NCBI GenBank assembly: GCA_951406725.2
Contig: OX597829.1
Coordinates: 24,862,001 to 24,926,000, forward strand
DNA length: 64,000 nt
Source of the DNA: Octopus vulgaris
Lineage: Eukaryota
Reading direction: 5' to 3'
Under the pieces are notes generated by a model, which was not told the origin of the DNA, searched no databases, and saw only the letters and a list, made by a program, of their open reading frames with translations. Below are positions 1-12,234 of the stretch, piece by piece; the first letter of the stretch is position 1; the number at the start of each line of letters is the position of its first letter. The position numbers and the translations under genes are program-made.

Positions 1-840
1 TACTATGACTGTTCCAGTTACTGGAACAATATAGACTCCACTGTTTAATGGTTTATTGATTCAGTAAACCAGTTGTGAATTCAATAAACAGAAATAACAC
101 TCACTATACAAAATAGGACAATATATTTGAAAGAAACAGTAGAAACCAAAGGTAATGTTTGTGAGACAAGTACACCTGTATGAACAACTAAAATAGTATA
201 AGAATTCCCACACCTAACTTGTCTGTCTACAGTGTAAACTTGGAGCAACATATTAAAAATGGTAGACAGAAATAGATTAACCTTGCAACTCATTGCAACA
301 GAATTGTAAAAAAAATTATTAATTCAGATTTTATTTTGAATTCTCCATACTGTTATGAGTTTGCTAGATTAGCAAATTCAGGCATTCATTCTTTTATTAA
401 AATTTTTGGTCTTTTAATGATCAAGATATAAGTTATTTCATGAAGTAGAGTGAACTTAATGATATAAATTGCGTGAATTTTAATTTAAATTAAGAACAAT
501 CAATGAACTAAAATGATAAGGTCTAAATAAAAGTTTAATAAAATTACATGTTGACTATATTTTACAGACTATCTAAGTATATTAAAAAACACATCGTAAA
601 TTTAAACAAAAGTTATTTAATTATATAATTTATATTTGATTAAATATAGTAAATTAATAAATATTTCAAATGGAAATTATATATTTCTTCTCAGAATGCA
701 AGAAGTACATTAAAACAATGTTGTACAGAATACTGAAATAAAACATACCTAATTATATACAGTGCATCACCTGAGAATACTCACAATAATAAAGCAACAT
801 AACCAAATCGTTTAAGTTCTTGCACATATAGATCTCTTAA

Positions 841-2409
841 CCCTTTCATTACCATACACAGTGTAAGCTATGGACACTCTATAAGATGTACCCAGTGAAA
901 GCTATGGACACATAAGAGGTGCAGCAATATCAAAGGAAGGCTAAATGGGAAGATAGTTTTTGTATGTGGCAGATGCTCAGGAGCAATAAACACTGAAAAT
1001 GTGCAGAGAACAACTTCCGCCACATTCCAGGGAGAAAAATTAGAAGTTGTTGATAGCTTCCGTTACCTACGTGACCAAGTTATTAGCAGGGGAGGATGTG
1101 CTAAAAGTATAGCTGCTAGAATAAGAATAACCTGGGTAAAGTTCAGAGAGTTCCTACCTCTGCTGGTGACAAAGGGTCTCTCGCTCAGTGTAAAAAGTAG
1201 ACTGTATGACGCATGTGTACGAACAGCCATGCTACATGGCAGTGAAACATGGGCCGTGACTGCTGAGGATATGCGTAAGCTAGCAAGGAATGAAGCCATT
1301 ATGCTCCGATGGATGTGTAATGTGAGTGTGCATACTCAACAGAGTGTTAGTACCTTGAGAGAAATGTTGGACTTAAGAAGCATCAGATGTGGTGTGCAAG
1401 AGAGAGGACTGAGCTGGTATGGCCATGTGATGAGAATGGATGTGGATAGCTGTGTGAAAAAGTGCCACAACCTAGCGGTTGAGGGAACCTGTGGAAGAGG
1501 TAGACCCAGGAAGACCTGGGATGAGGTAGTGAAGCATGACCTTTGAACACTGGGCCTCACCGAGGCAATGACTAGTGACAGGGACCTTTGGAAATAAGCT
1601 GTGCTTGAGAAGACTAGGCAAGCTCAAGTAAGACCATAACCTTGTGGCCAGGGGTGTAACCAACCCACTTACGCGTACCTTTCCTTCATTGGACACTAAA
1701 CTCTGCTTGCGAAGACCTGTTGAGGCAAATGAAATCAAATTCAATGACTGACATCCGTGCAAGTGGAGCGCTAAGAGTACCATATGAGTGTGATCGTTGC
1801 CAGAGCAACAAGCTGGCCTCTGTGCTGATGGCACATAAAAAGCACCATTCAAGTGTGATTGTTACCTGCGTTGCCTTACTGGCACTTGTGCTGGTGGCAC
1901 ATGAAAAAACACTAGAGTGAGGTTGTTGCCAGTGCCGCTGGACTGACTCCTGTGCAGGTAGCACATAAAAAGCACCATTTGAGCGTGGCCGCTGCCAGTA
2001 CTGCCTGACTGGCCCTCGTGCCGATGGTACGTAAAAGCACCCACTACACTCTCGGAGTGGTTGGCATTAGGAAGGGCATCCAACTGTAGAAACTCTACCA
2101 GATCAGATTGGAGTCTGGTGCAGCCATCTGGTTCGTCAGACCTCAGTCAAATCGTCCGCCCATGCTAGCATGGAAAGCGGACGTTAAACAATGATGATGA
2201 TGATTTATTTTCAGATGCTCAGTGTTTCTTTCAATTATTGTAAATATAACAAAGAATTTAGTAAAATAACTTAGTTATCATTAAGCTAGTGTTAAGAACA
2301 TAAATTATGACTAAGGTTTGGTGGAAGATTTAAATTCAGAACTCTTGAAAAGAAAATATTTGTATTACAGAGCCAGAGCCGGGTTTCAGTCAGGTTGGTA
2401 ACGAAAGGG
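841..2409. mobile_element. piggyBac-type MITE (TTAA TSD) interrupted by an RTE LINE
   Basis: TTAA(837-840)+CCCTTTCATTACCA ... TGGTAACGAAAGGG+TTAA(2410-2413). The body at 2204-2409 resembles copies near 59.3-60.3 kb. Confidence 0.75.
855..2203 (+). mobile_element. 5'-truncated RTE-clade LINE (end of ORF plus 3' UTR, (TGA)n tail)
   Basis: ORF 1001-1546 contains LEVVDSFRYL, KSRLYDACVRTAMLHGSETW, WYGHVMRM and GRGRPRKTW, typical of the RTE C-terminus. Ends GCGGACGTTAAACAATGATGATGA. Confidence 0.9.
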
Positions 2410-3303
2410 TTAAATACATATTAATGAGAAATACATGAACCTCACAAGGTACTTTGTAATTCATCTAATCAAGGAATTTATTCATCAGAAGTATTCAACA
2501 AATACAAAATACTGGAGCAATATCCAAATGTCCATGTGAAACAAATAAATGGAAAAAGGAATCTGTACCAGCTGGTGAAGTATCACAGAAACATCTCGAT
2601 GTCCTAGAAGGTTACTGCTATAAATATATGCATATTTTCTTTATAAGGCTATATATGTGGTTAATTCTTTCTGCTTATTTCACATGGTATTTGGACTATA
2701 TAGCAGATATATATATATATTTGTTTTCTAATACATATTTTATTGACCATTTTTCCATGGCATGGAAATTACCACTCAACTTGATGCTGCATAATCTTGT
2801 CTGTGAGAGTCAACATCCATCACTTGTTTCATGCTATAATCAATCTACTGCAGACATCACTCTCAACACAACACTTATTCACTCAGCACTCATGTCCAAA
2901 CAGGAGCAACCAACTCTCCTCAATACTTCAAATGATATCTGTAAAGCAAATCATATTCTTTCACACATAGAGTTTTTTTATTTGTTTTACAACACATGAA
3001 AAGGCATTACACTTCTAAACTAACTACAGTTTCATTCAATATACCTTTTAGTCAACTACACAGGCCAATGAATTGAGAAAATATTTCATGGTGAAGTGGG
3101 TTGTAATATCAAACTGAATCAATTACCAAAGAGTTTAGGTTTCTTGATGTTTACAGTTGATCAACAGATTAACTGAATCATAGTTCTGATATGCATTCCT
3201 TTTTACATATAACACATACACACACACATTGATATCTTGAACAAAATGCTGCATATGCTTTGAAGCTTTTCCTTTTAGTTCAAACCACAGTGTTACTGAA
3301 ACA

Positions 3304-4207
3304 TCAACAGTAAAACAGGAAATGAGCTGTTGGTTCATTACTAATTTTGAGACACAGGGTGTTTTGATATGTAGCCAAAAAGACCAAAATGTTTTTGCGT
3401 TTGAGATTGAAATTGATGGGTACATGTAAAGGATAAAGTGCCTATATATATTATATAGTTTTATATTATATCTACTGAGAGATAATCTCTGATTGGCTAT
3501 TACACTTCAAAACATTGGTTTCATTGGGTCAATGGATTGGCCTCAAAGTCTTTTCAGCTTGATCACTTGGGCCGATCAATTGGCCTGGGCATTCCAAGAA
3601 GGTTAACATTTTGCATATATTGTGTATCACATGTGAATCACAAGACATATTTCCCTGGCACCACTAGCATAGCTAGAACGTGTGCTGCCCCCATACTCCA
3701 CAAGAAACACGTATTACCTACAGCAGACCCCAAATTGGCACCCCATTAAAAGTGACGCCCTGGCTAAGCTAGTGCCTAGCACCCATGCATCATATATGAT
3801 ACATGTTCTCAATTTTTTTTCAACCAGCAGAATAACTTGGGACTTAGAAACGCTTTATATTACTCAGTACATATGAAACAAGGGCTAACTTAAAAGTCTG
3901 AAATCAAGCATGGATGTTTAGGTCAAACTCATGAATATGCTTTGCAAAAAGGTTAAAATGTTCATTCAGGTTTTGTCCTGTTGAATATAACATTTGTCTA
4001 TCAGTGACATAACAGGAAATGAGCTGTTGGTTCCTTAATAATTTTGAGACACAGAGTGTTTTGATGTGTAGCCAAAAAGACCAAAATGTTTTTGCTTTTG
4101 AGATTGAAATATATGGGTGGATGCAAAGGATAAAGTGCCTAAAACTATTTTATTAGAATATAAAACTATATATATTATATACTTTTAAATTATATCTACT
4201 GAGAGAT
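3304..4207 (-). repeat. Local duplication of about 170-200 bp (about 3304-3483 and 4001-4207); candidate duplicated exons
   Basis: Both copies share aacaggaaatgagctgttggtt...ggataaagtgcct...tatatctactgagagat. Each has a minus-strand AG acceptor before GCACTTTATCC. Confidence 0.8.
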
Positions 4208-4719
4208 GAGTAGCAATATCTAGACACAGGCAAACAAAATTTCCATTGTGATTTTGAGTTCCTAAACCTTATGAATTGATAGATTGATATTTTACCAACT
4301 AGATTGATGAAATTTAATCTTACATGCTTGATTGAAATTACTTCAGTTGAATGTGAAATAAACATCAGAGATGCTTTGCCCCATGTAGAAACTGCAGGGT
4401 CTACATAGAGGTTTTGCAAGCTCTTCTGAATTAATTGCAATGTTGGAAATCCTTAGAAAGATGAATGCGTTATTAAAAGCTTAACAAGAAATTAGCTGAA
4501 TTGCATTTGATGTTGAGATTTTCTGAAAATGATGATTTTGTAAAATACATGCAAGGTGATTGGGTAAGAGTAAATCACATTTAAGGCCATAACTATGTCT
4601 ACCATTTCAACTATTTAAAATCATTTTTACTGAAGCTAATTAGCTAATTAATGAATGCAACAAAGTAAAACATTTACATACTATAAGAATATTAGATTTT
4701 AGTTGCAAACTCGGAAAGT

Positions 4720-4760
4720 CTTTCGAGCTACTCGCTATGTAATAGCGAGTAGCTCGAAAG
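4720..4760. repeat. Perfect 19-bp inverted repeat with 3-nt loop
   Basis: CTTTCGAGCTACTCGCTAT-gta-ATAGCGAGTAGCTCGAAAG. Confidence 0.9.
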
Positions 4761-6361
4761 GAACGAATTGGTGTATAATACATAATTATGTCCGGGGACT
4801 GTGTGCTTGTGTGTGAAACACCAGTGATCCACAATTTACGGGAACATGTGGAATGTATTCTTCAATAACGGCGAAACACAAAACGACGCAGCTGTAATTC
4901 GGAATTTCTACGAAAATTTCGCAAAGTTCAATCTTGGAGCCAGTAAACCGGCAAATCTGGAGAAAACAACAGTTAATCTAGCCCTGTTGCATGGAATATT
5001 TGAAAAATTCACTCAGATTTTCGAAAATTCAACGTATCTCACAATAAATGTCTATTAAAAGACAGCATCAGCCGATAATAATGTCCAAAGGAATTTGAAC
5101 ACGTATTTATCAACACTAGTATTACTGTTATTACGATTACTATTATTATTATTAACTAAAATTTTCAGTTTCGAATTAAAATACTGTATATGTTTTAATG
5201 GGGTTTTTTTACGAGTTATTTTAAAAATCAATTCCAAATGAACGATCATAGAGATATTCTAAATAACAGAAGTAGACATGTAATAATACCATGATTATTA
5301 TTATTATTATTATTATTAATGAAGCACAGGCAAAGGTTTGGGAATCTGTGAATAACAAGCTAGGTATTTCTAATAACAAAATAAAGTCAAAGGAAGCCCC
5401 TTTCAAATTCAACATTCTGATAGATCGAATTACTGAATAATTCTAGGAATATAGATTTAATTAGAATGATTTTAATTACGTTACAAAATAGAAATTAATA
5501 ATGTCTGTAATTGAGAGGGTTTTCAAAACGACAAGAGGTTAACAAGAAATTTTGGGGTGTTTAATGGTATTTATTTATTTATTTATTACAAAGGCGACAG
5601 CATCAGAGATAATTATACAGTGTGTAATTACTTGTTTTTTTTTTGGGGGGGGGGGTTAACCCTAGGGAAGAAACATTCGCAATGAAAATTAGGATTTCAC
5701 AGGCCAACACCTAACGGAAAGAAATTGTATATCGGTAACAGACATAAATAAAATGGATCTCCGTCAGTTTACATGAGGCATCTTCCAGTTGCTCGATCAG
5801 TAATCTACTTATTCATTAAACTTCAGTCAAGTGGCTGAGTATTCCAATAGACACAAATTATTTTTTTAATGTAATCAAGTAAGTCAGTGTTACACTGTGC
5901 GTTGTGACAAGTATAGATCATTAAAATTAAAGTTGCAGACCATCCGATGATGGCCGTCTATACAGTTCCATTCACAAGGATTGGGTCACCCTGAGCCCCA
6001 AGTTAACATACTTGCTCAAGATGCTATGACGGAGGATTAAACTCGGGGGTTACACGAAGGGGACTCCTCCTCTTTAAAACCATTCAACCGCCCATAAACG
6101 CACATATATGTAAACATAGTGTAACAAACAGCACGAAAGAGTACTCAATATATGTAATAATGTGTGTGTGTGTGTATGCACAAAACAGGTGATTCTCTAC
6201 GTCGCTAATCGGCAGTTTCCCTTTCTTTCAAGACTTGTGTAATCGGTCGAAAACTCTGAGCATTAGCGAAAAAGCATTACAGTTTCATGCAATACGCACA
6301 AGCATATATATATATATTTATGAGTGCGTATGTGTGCATATGCATGCTTATGTATATATAT

Positions 6362-6406
<45 letters not shown>

Positions 6407-6498
6407 GCACACACTACACAAACTAAAACAATCCCACCACCACCACCACATGTAAAAAGATTAAGAGGTTCACATACACACATATATAATATACATAC

Positions 6499-6532
<34 letters not shown>

Positions 6533-6916
6533 TTATTTTTTTTTTTAAAACAAACGCCAAACGATTTAATGTCAATAATACAAAGTGAGATAGAGAGATA
6601 GATAGAGAGAGAGAGAGAGATTGTGTGTGTTTGTGCGATTGCTTACCGCCATACTCCCATTAGATTTGGTTATGTAGACAACAGATGGATAAAACTGACT
6701 TTTCTGGTAATATGCATTGGCTATGACAACAGTGGTGAGCAGAAAACTAAACCCGGTGAGCATAAAGGCCCTCATGGCTGCTTCTTGTTGGTTTTCTTCG
6801 GGGTTTGTGTGTGTATTAATTATATTTTCGTGCGGTAATTGTAAGATTGTCCCCCAAGAAATGTCGTTATAAACAATGATGTGATGTCGATGTCAGTGTA
6901 TGTGTATGTGTGTCAG

Positions 6917-6950
<34 letters not shown>

Positions 6951-7154
6951 AGTGAGTGTATGTACGTACGTACGCGTATGTACGACTGATGAATATGGCG
7001 TCTGTTTATGCCAGACGACCTGACCACGTGGCCAGTGTTGATTGGAGGGCAGCACTGCTTCCGACTCTAATCTATGACCGACCCTCTTTGATATTGCTCT
7101 CTCTTCTAATCTCATATTAAATATCTACGTAATATTTTATGTGCGCTAAGGTCA

Positions 7155-7410
7155 CTGGATTGGCAGAAACGGTAGAATAAGCGCCGATCAAAAGAGAAAA
7201 AAAAAAAGCGAAGTAAACCAATAATGTCTTGCAATATTTAGTTGCGGTCCTTTACGTTGTGAGTTCGAATCCATAGAAGACGACGTCGTCTCTCATCATC
7301 TTCAGGATCGATAAAATAAAGTCCCATTCAAATACTGCAGTCGATCTAATCTATTATAAACCCTCAATCTGAAATTTATGTCCTTATATAAGGGTTGCAA
7401 ATCAGTATTG
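7155..7410 (+). mobile_element. Degenerate Meta-domain SINE
   Basis: tggcagaaacggtag...tacgttgtgagttcgaatcc...gatcgataaaataaagtcc, similar to the better copy at 22914. Confidence 0.55.
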
Positions 7411-7886
7411 AATTACGCTTGATGTTCTTTCTTTGAAGGAAAAAGAATGGGAAAGTATGTTTGTTTAACTCGATGAATTCCTGGATAAAAGAAGGTAATA
7501 AAGAGTTTATTGGTAGGACGTTACGCAAACAAATCTAGCGACCCGAATATTCAACAATGTGTATCCCTTTTCTTTTTAATCTGCGAAGCCGAATTCTATT
7601 CAATAGAAGGCCTATAAAATCTAGTCTTCCGTGAAACTGCACTAAGTCAGTTGGTACGTGTTACATCGGCCCCTGTCCGATTTCCACTCAACGTTGAAAA
7701 GACTAACTTAAGGACTCTACTGTAACCCTCCTTATCCAAGTGTTCCGTATAGAGATTATTTTAATTACTTAGCATTATTAAATTACTGAAGACTAATTGC
7801 ATGAATACTGTGCCAATTTCATAAAATAGCACAGGATCGCAAAATTTTCAGAAAGTAGCAGAATGCTTTAAAAAATTGGCCCAAAC

Positions 7887-7922
<36 letters not shown>

Positions 7923-8869
7923 CTTGTGGATCAATTCTAATTTACTTAGTCATTCGATGGGATTTTTACATCCAAGAAATAAAATTTTAAAGCAGTAAGT
8001 TTTGCTCCAAACCGAAAATAAAATAATAGCGTAACCCGGTTCCTGTCTAATGTGGCAACCTTGACGCAATATTTGGATTACTTCGGTAACAAATTCTTAA
8101 TTAATTTTTAATAACTATATATATTGTTGGGGCTCGTAAAAGTAAGAATTAATTTTTCTTTTCCTGATCGAAAATAGGAGATGGGGTATAATGAATATTG
8201 TAAACCGAATTAAGAATTAAAAATTCCTCTTATCGGCTAGTAATTTGGTTTTGGCAATTATTTGTATATATATTTATTACACGCAAACGATTAACAACGT
8301 AACTGCAATTTACTACAGAGTAGACGGCAGAACGACAAAGCACTGGAGTGAATAGTTCACAATATTCTGAATTTCTATATTGTAAGAATGAAGTTCTTTC
8401 AGGTCCAGCAAAATACTGAAGTGGATTCCATTGATCATACTCCTCCCCTATCAAAAATTAGTACGAATAAATCAATAGTTACAACCACATATTTATTATG
8501 CCACATGAAAGCGGTGAATGACGAAATAATGTTCGTTTGGGAATAAATGAACCTTTAAAATGTCACTTGTGTCAGCTATCAATAATTTTGGTCTACGTGG
8601 AATTTATTGATTATATAATTGTTTTAATTTTTTTTTTTATTTAACACGGCTGTTGCTCTTTTGTCTAATTAATATACTAACATAATCAATACAAACAAAA
8701 TAGCTTTCATTCTGTCATTCATTATTAAAAAAAAATAATTGCTTCTTCAAATATCTTGCCTTATTTCAATTTATGAATGTGAATTTATCTACATTAATGT
8801 ATTTTTAATGTTAAATAACTCTTTCCAGTGTTCAAAGGAATATATCATTAAAAATATTCTCTGAGTAAA

Positions 8870-8873
<4 letters not shown>

Positions 8874-8957
<84 letters not shown>
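8874..8957. repeat. (CT)n microsatellite
   Basis: Uninterrupted CT run. Confidence 0.97.
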
Positions 8958-8959
<2 letters not shown>

Positions 8960-9474
8960 CCTTATTTAGTAATTTGTCTTTAAATATGCCAGCAGGGCAT
9001 GATTTGAGGAAGATCTGGCTGCTATCTCTGACGAATGCAGAGTGAGGTAGATGAGGTTGAGAAACAAATTGTGATAGTCATAACTATTCTAAAGAAAATA
9101 ATTGCAAAAATGAAGTGACTTGAAACTCAAAATGAACTCACTGAGAGCTTCCACCTTCAAGAAGACAATTAGGGAATAAACATCAGCACAGATTGGCTAA
9201 TACTCATCTAATTTATAATCCAGTTTAATACAAGTTTACACTATTTCACACTAGTGATAACTTTAAGGAAGATAATCGCATCCAATCTGACTGGGATTAT
9301 AAGAGCCATGAACACCTCTGGGTTTTCCTTTCTTCTGCATTATAGTTCTAAATCTTCTATTATAATTCCATTCACATCTAGGGTGTTTTATAGGAATAGT
9401 AAATCTAACTTAGTATTTCATTGGTTCCTTACTTTTAACAAACCTGAGAGGATGCAAGATAAAGTTAGTTGCTG

Positions 9475-9823
9475 TCATCGTCGTCATCATCATCATCATT
9501 TAATGTCCATTCTTCATGCTGACATGGGTTGGCGGGTTTGACTGGAACTGGTAAGCCAGACAGCTGCATAAGGCTCCAGTCATCAGCTTTAACATGGCTT
9601 CTAAGAAGGGATGCCCTTCCTAATGCCAACTATTTTACAGAGTGTACTAGATGTTTCTGACGTGTCACTGGCACAAGTACCTTTTATGTCTCATTGTCAC
9701 TCACAATGACCCTGATTCACTTACCTTAACATCTTCTCAAGAACAGCAAATTGCTAGAAGTCTCAGTCACTTATCATTGCCTCTTTGAGGCTCAGCAACT
9801 AAAGATCATATTTCATCACCTAG
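9475..9823 (-). mobile_element. RTE LINE 3' fragment
   Basis: (CAT)n tail followed by ttaatgtcc..catgct..catggg...gatgcccttcctaatgccaac, the reverse complement of the 3' UTR at 1550-2203. Confidence 0.7.
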
Positions 9824-11271
9824 TCTTCTACTATAATTTCATTCACATCTAGGATGTTTTATAGAAATATTGAATCTATCCTAGTATTTCACTGGTACTT
9901 TATTTTATTAACCCAGAGGGTGAAAGGTAAACTTGAATTCAAAACATAATTAGATATCACAAGAAATTTTTTCAATGATCTAACATTTCTACCTGACCAT
10001 TCACATATTCAGAGAATACCATTAAGTAAAAAGACTGGGCAAAGGTACAATGTAATGCATGAAAAAAAAAATTAAAATACATAACCTTATTTAACATCTT
10101 TTTCATCAGAAATGTTAGAAATTATTGTATGGGTTTCTCTAATTTATAGTTATGAATTTCGTATATTTGGTAGAAAGACACACAATATTGCTGTTTTTTG
10201 GGGGGCTCTGAATGCACTTGTCTCTCGGAACTGAACCTCAATTTTAATTGTGATCTGCAAATATTCTCAGACAATATTCTCAGGATCAAACAGAAAGAAT
10301 ATCGAATTCCTTCGTTATTCATGTGGTTGTTGTTGTTGTTGATGATGATGATGATGTTGTTGCATAGCCCTGAGACAATCCTGATCCAACAAACTAATGA
10401 TCAAAACTTATGTTTCCGCCTTCAAACATTCGTCTTTCTTTCAAAAACATTATTTTGAACTCCATCGTCTAATGTGTATCTCTTTTAAGAAAAGACTAAA
10501 CAATTACAACGAACTCCAGATGAAAAGGGGAGATAATCTTAAGGATGAAATTGCCAGAATTGACACACCATTCACAAAAAGTCAATTTGAATGCCTGGGA
10601 ACAAGAGAACAACTGTGAACATGTGTTATTGCCTCAGTAGATATCATCAGCTCAGTGGTTGTTCACTCTTGAATCCTAGCGATGAAATACATAGAGAAAA
10701 GAGTAGAAAACATTTATCACCTAAATTGAATAAATCAAGAATTTATCATGTATGACATTTAATATACCTTTATTCATCTTTATTGTCCAAATACGTCTTG
10801 GGTACTCTGATTGCTCTGTCTTAGCTCATTTTCATTTAAATTATGCAAATTATTCTAAACCATTATTATTTTTAAACTCTCTTTGTGTGTCTTTTGGGTT
10901 GAAGCTTGGACAACTCTTGTGTTGATGATGCCTATTGGAACAGAAACATGCCTAAAGCTATCCCCTTGTCCCTCGATGATCAAATTGTCTTTTCCTTATT
11001 GGCATACTAATTTTGGAAAGTTCTTGATTTTTGTCATTATCTCCCCTTCTCATTTGGACTTGGTCCAATTACCATAAGGTGTTTGTTTATCCATCCCTTT
11101 AAAGGGAAGATAATTTCAAGAATCAAAAATTCATCTTGCATGATATTTGCTATATATTTATTTGCCTCTATATATATACAGAGTGGGCCAAAAGCCACAC
11201 ACCAGGACTAAAACTCATTTAATATATAATATATTGGGCCAAATAATAATAATAATTATAATAATAATAAT

Positions 11272-12150
11272 ACACATCTCAGAATCTAAGTGAATTTCAA
11301 ATACAACAAATCCCTGAATTAGATGTACTGAGAACAAGCACAGAAAAAGCTAAGTGTATGAAAACCCTTGCTAAAACTGCTGCCCTTATCCTTACTGATA
11401 AATGGCAAGGAAAAACCTCTTGATGGCAAATACCCAAAGAGAGTTAATAATGTTGAAAAAGCCCTTACCCATCAATAGTTAGTGTCTTCTGGCTTAAAAT
11501 CAGAGACAAAGGGGTTTATCAGAACAGCCCAAGATTAATGCCTACCTACAAGAAGCTACCAGGCCAACATATTAAAGAACAGCAGTAGCCCAACATATCG
11601 TGTATATAAACAACAAAATGAAACTATCGATCACGTCTCCATGTGCAGTCTTCTTGTACCTACAGAGTATCTCAATAGGCATGATAGAGCAGCACAGTAT
11701 ATTCGCTGGGTAATTTGCAAAGACTTGAACCTGCCTCATGATAAAAACTGGTAGGAACACTAACCACTGCTGGTGCTTGAAAATGACCACATCTCACTCC
11801 TTTGGAACTTCACTGACAGAAAGGAAGATGCAAATAAGGCAGACATTATATAGAAGGATTTCAAACGAAAATCATGCCTCCTCATTGATGTGATTGTCCC
11901 AATCAACATAAATACATCTGTCAAGACTTACAAAAAACTGAGCAATTATAAAGATCTTGAAATAGAGATTGGCAAAATGTGGAACCTCAAAACTAAAACA
12001 ATACCTGGGGTCATAGGTACTCTAGAAATGATAACAAAAGGGGCTGATTGCAACCTAGTTCAGATACCAAGAAATCCCAAAATGGAAGAAATTCAAATGA
12101 TAGTGCTCACAGGAACTGCTCATATCCTTTGTAATCTCAAAAATATTTTA
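11272..12150 (+). mobile_element. Dong/R4-clade non-LTR retrotransposon remnant (restriction-like endonuclease domain)
   Basis: Degenerate CCHC region (ETIDH...C), RHDRAAQYIRW, LLWNF, CLLIDVIVP and KLSNYKDLEIEIGKMW...IPGVIG. Preceded by a (TAA)n tract at about 11241-11271. Confidence 0.8.
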
Positions 12151-12234
12151 ATCTGTAAACAATGTCAAAGTACTTTTAAATGTGCATAATAACAAACACC
12201 TTTTACTGTCATCTTACCCACTGACTAGTGTAGC

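Noticed and set aside
10-71. Two short palindromes (10-28 and 49-71)
   Set aside because: Arms of 9-11 bp at the window edge with no context; could be chance.
4525-4636. C/D box snoRNA (ATGATGA ... CTGA)
   Set aside because: The boxes are short and common in this AT-rich DNA; no convincing terminal stem or recognisable rRNA guide.
6235-6601. Overlapping YI/HT/CV-repeat ORFs (also at about 24.1, 29.4 and 37.6-38.3 kb)
   Set aside because: Stop-free readings of TA, CA and TACA microsatellites.
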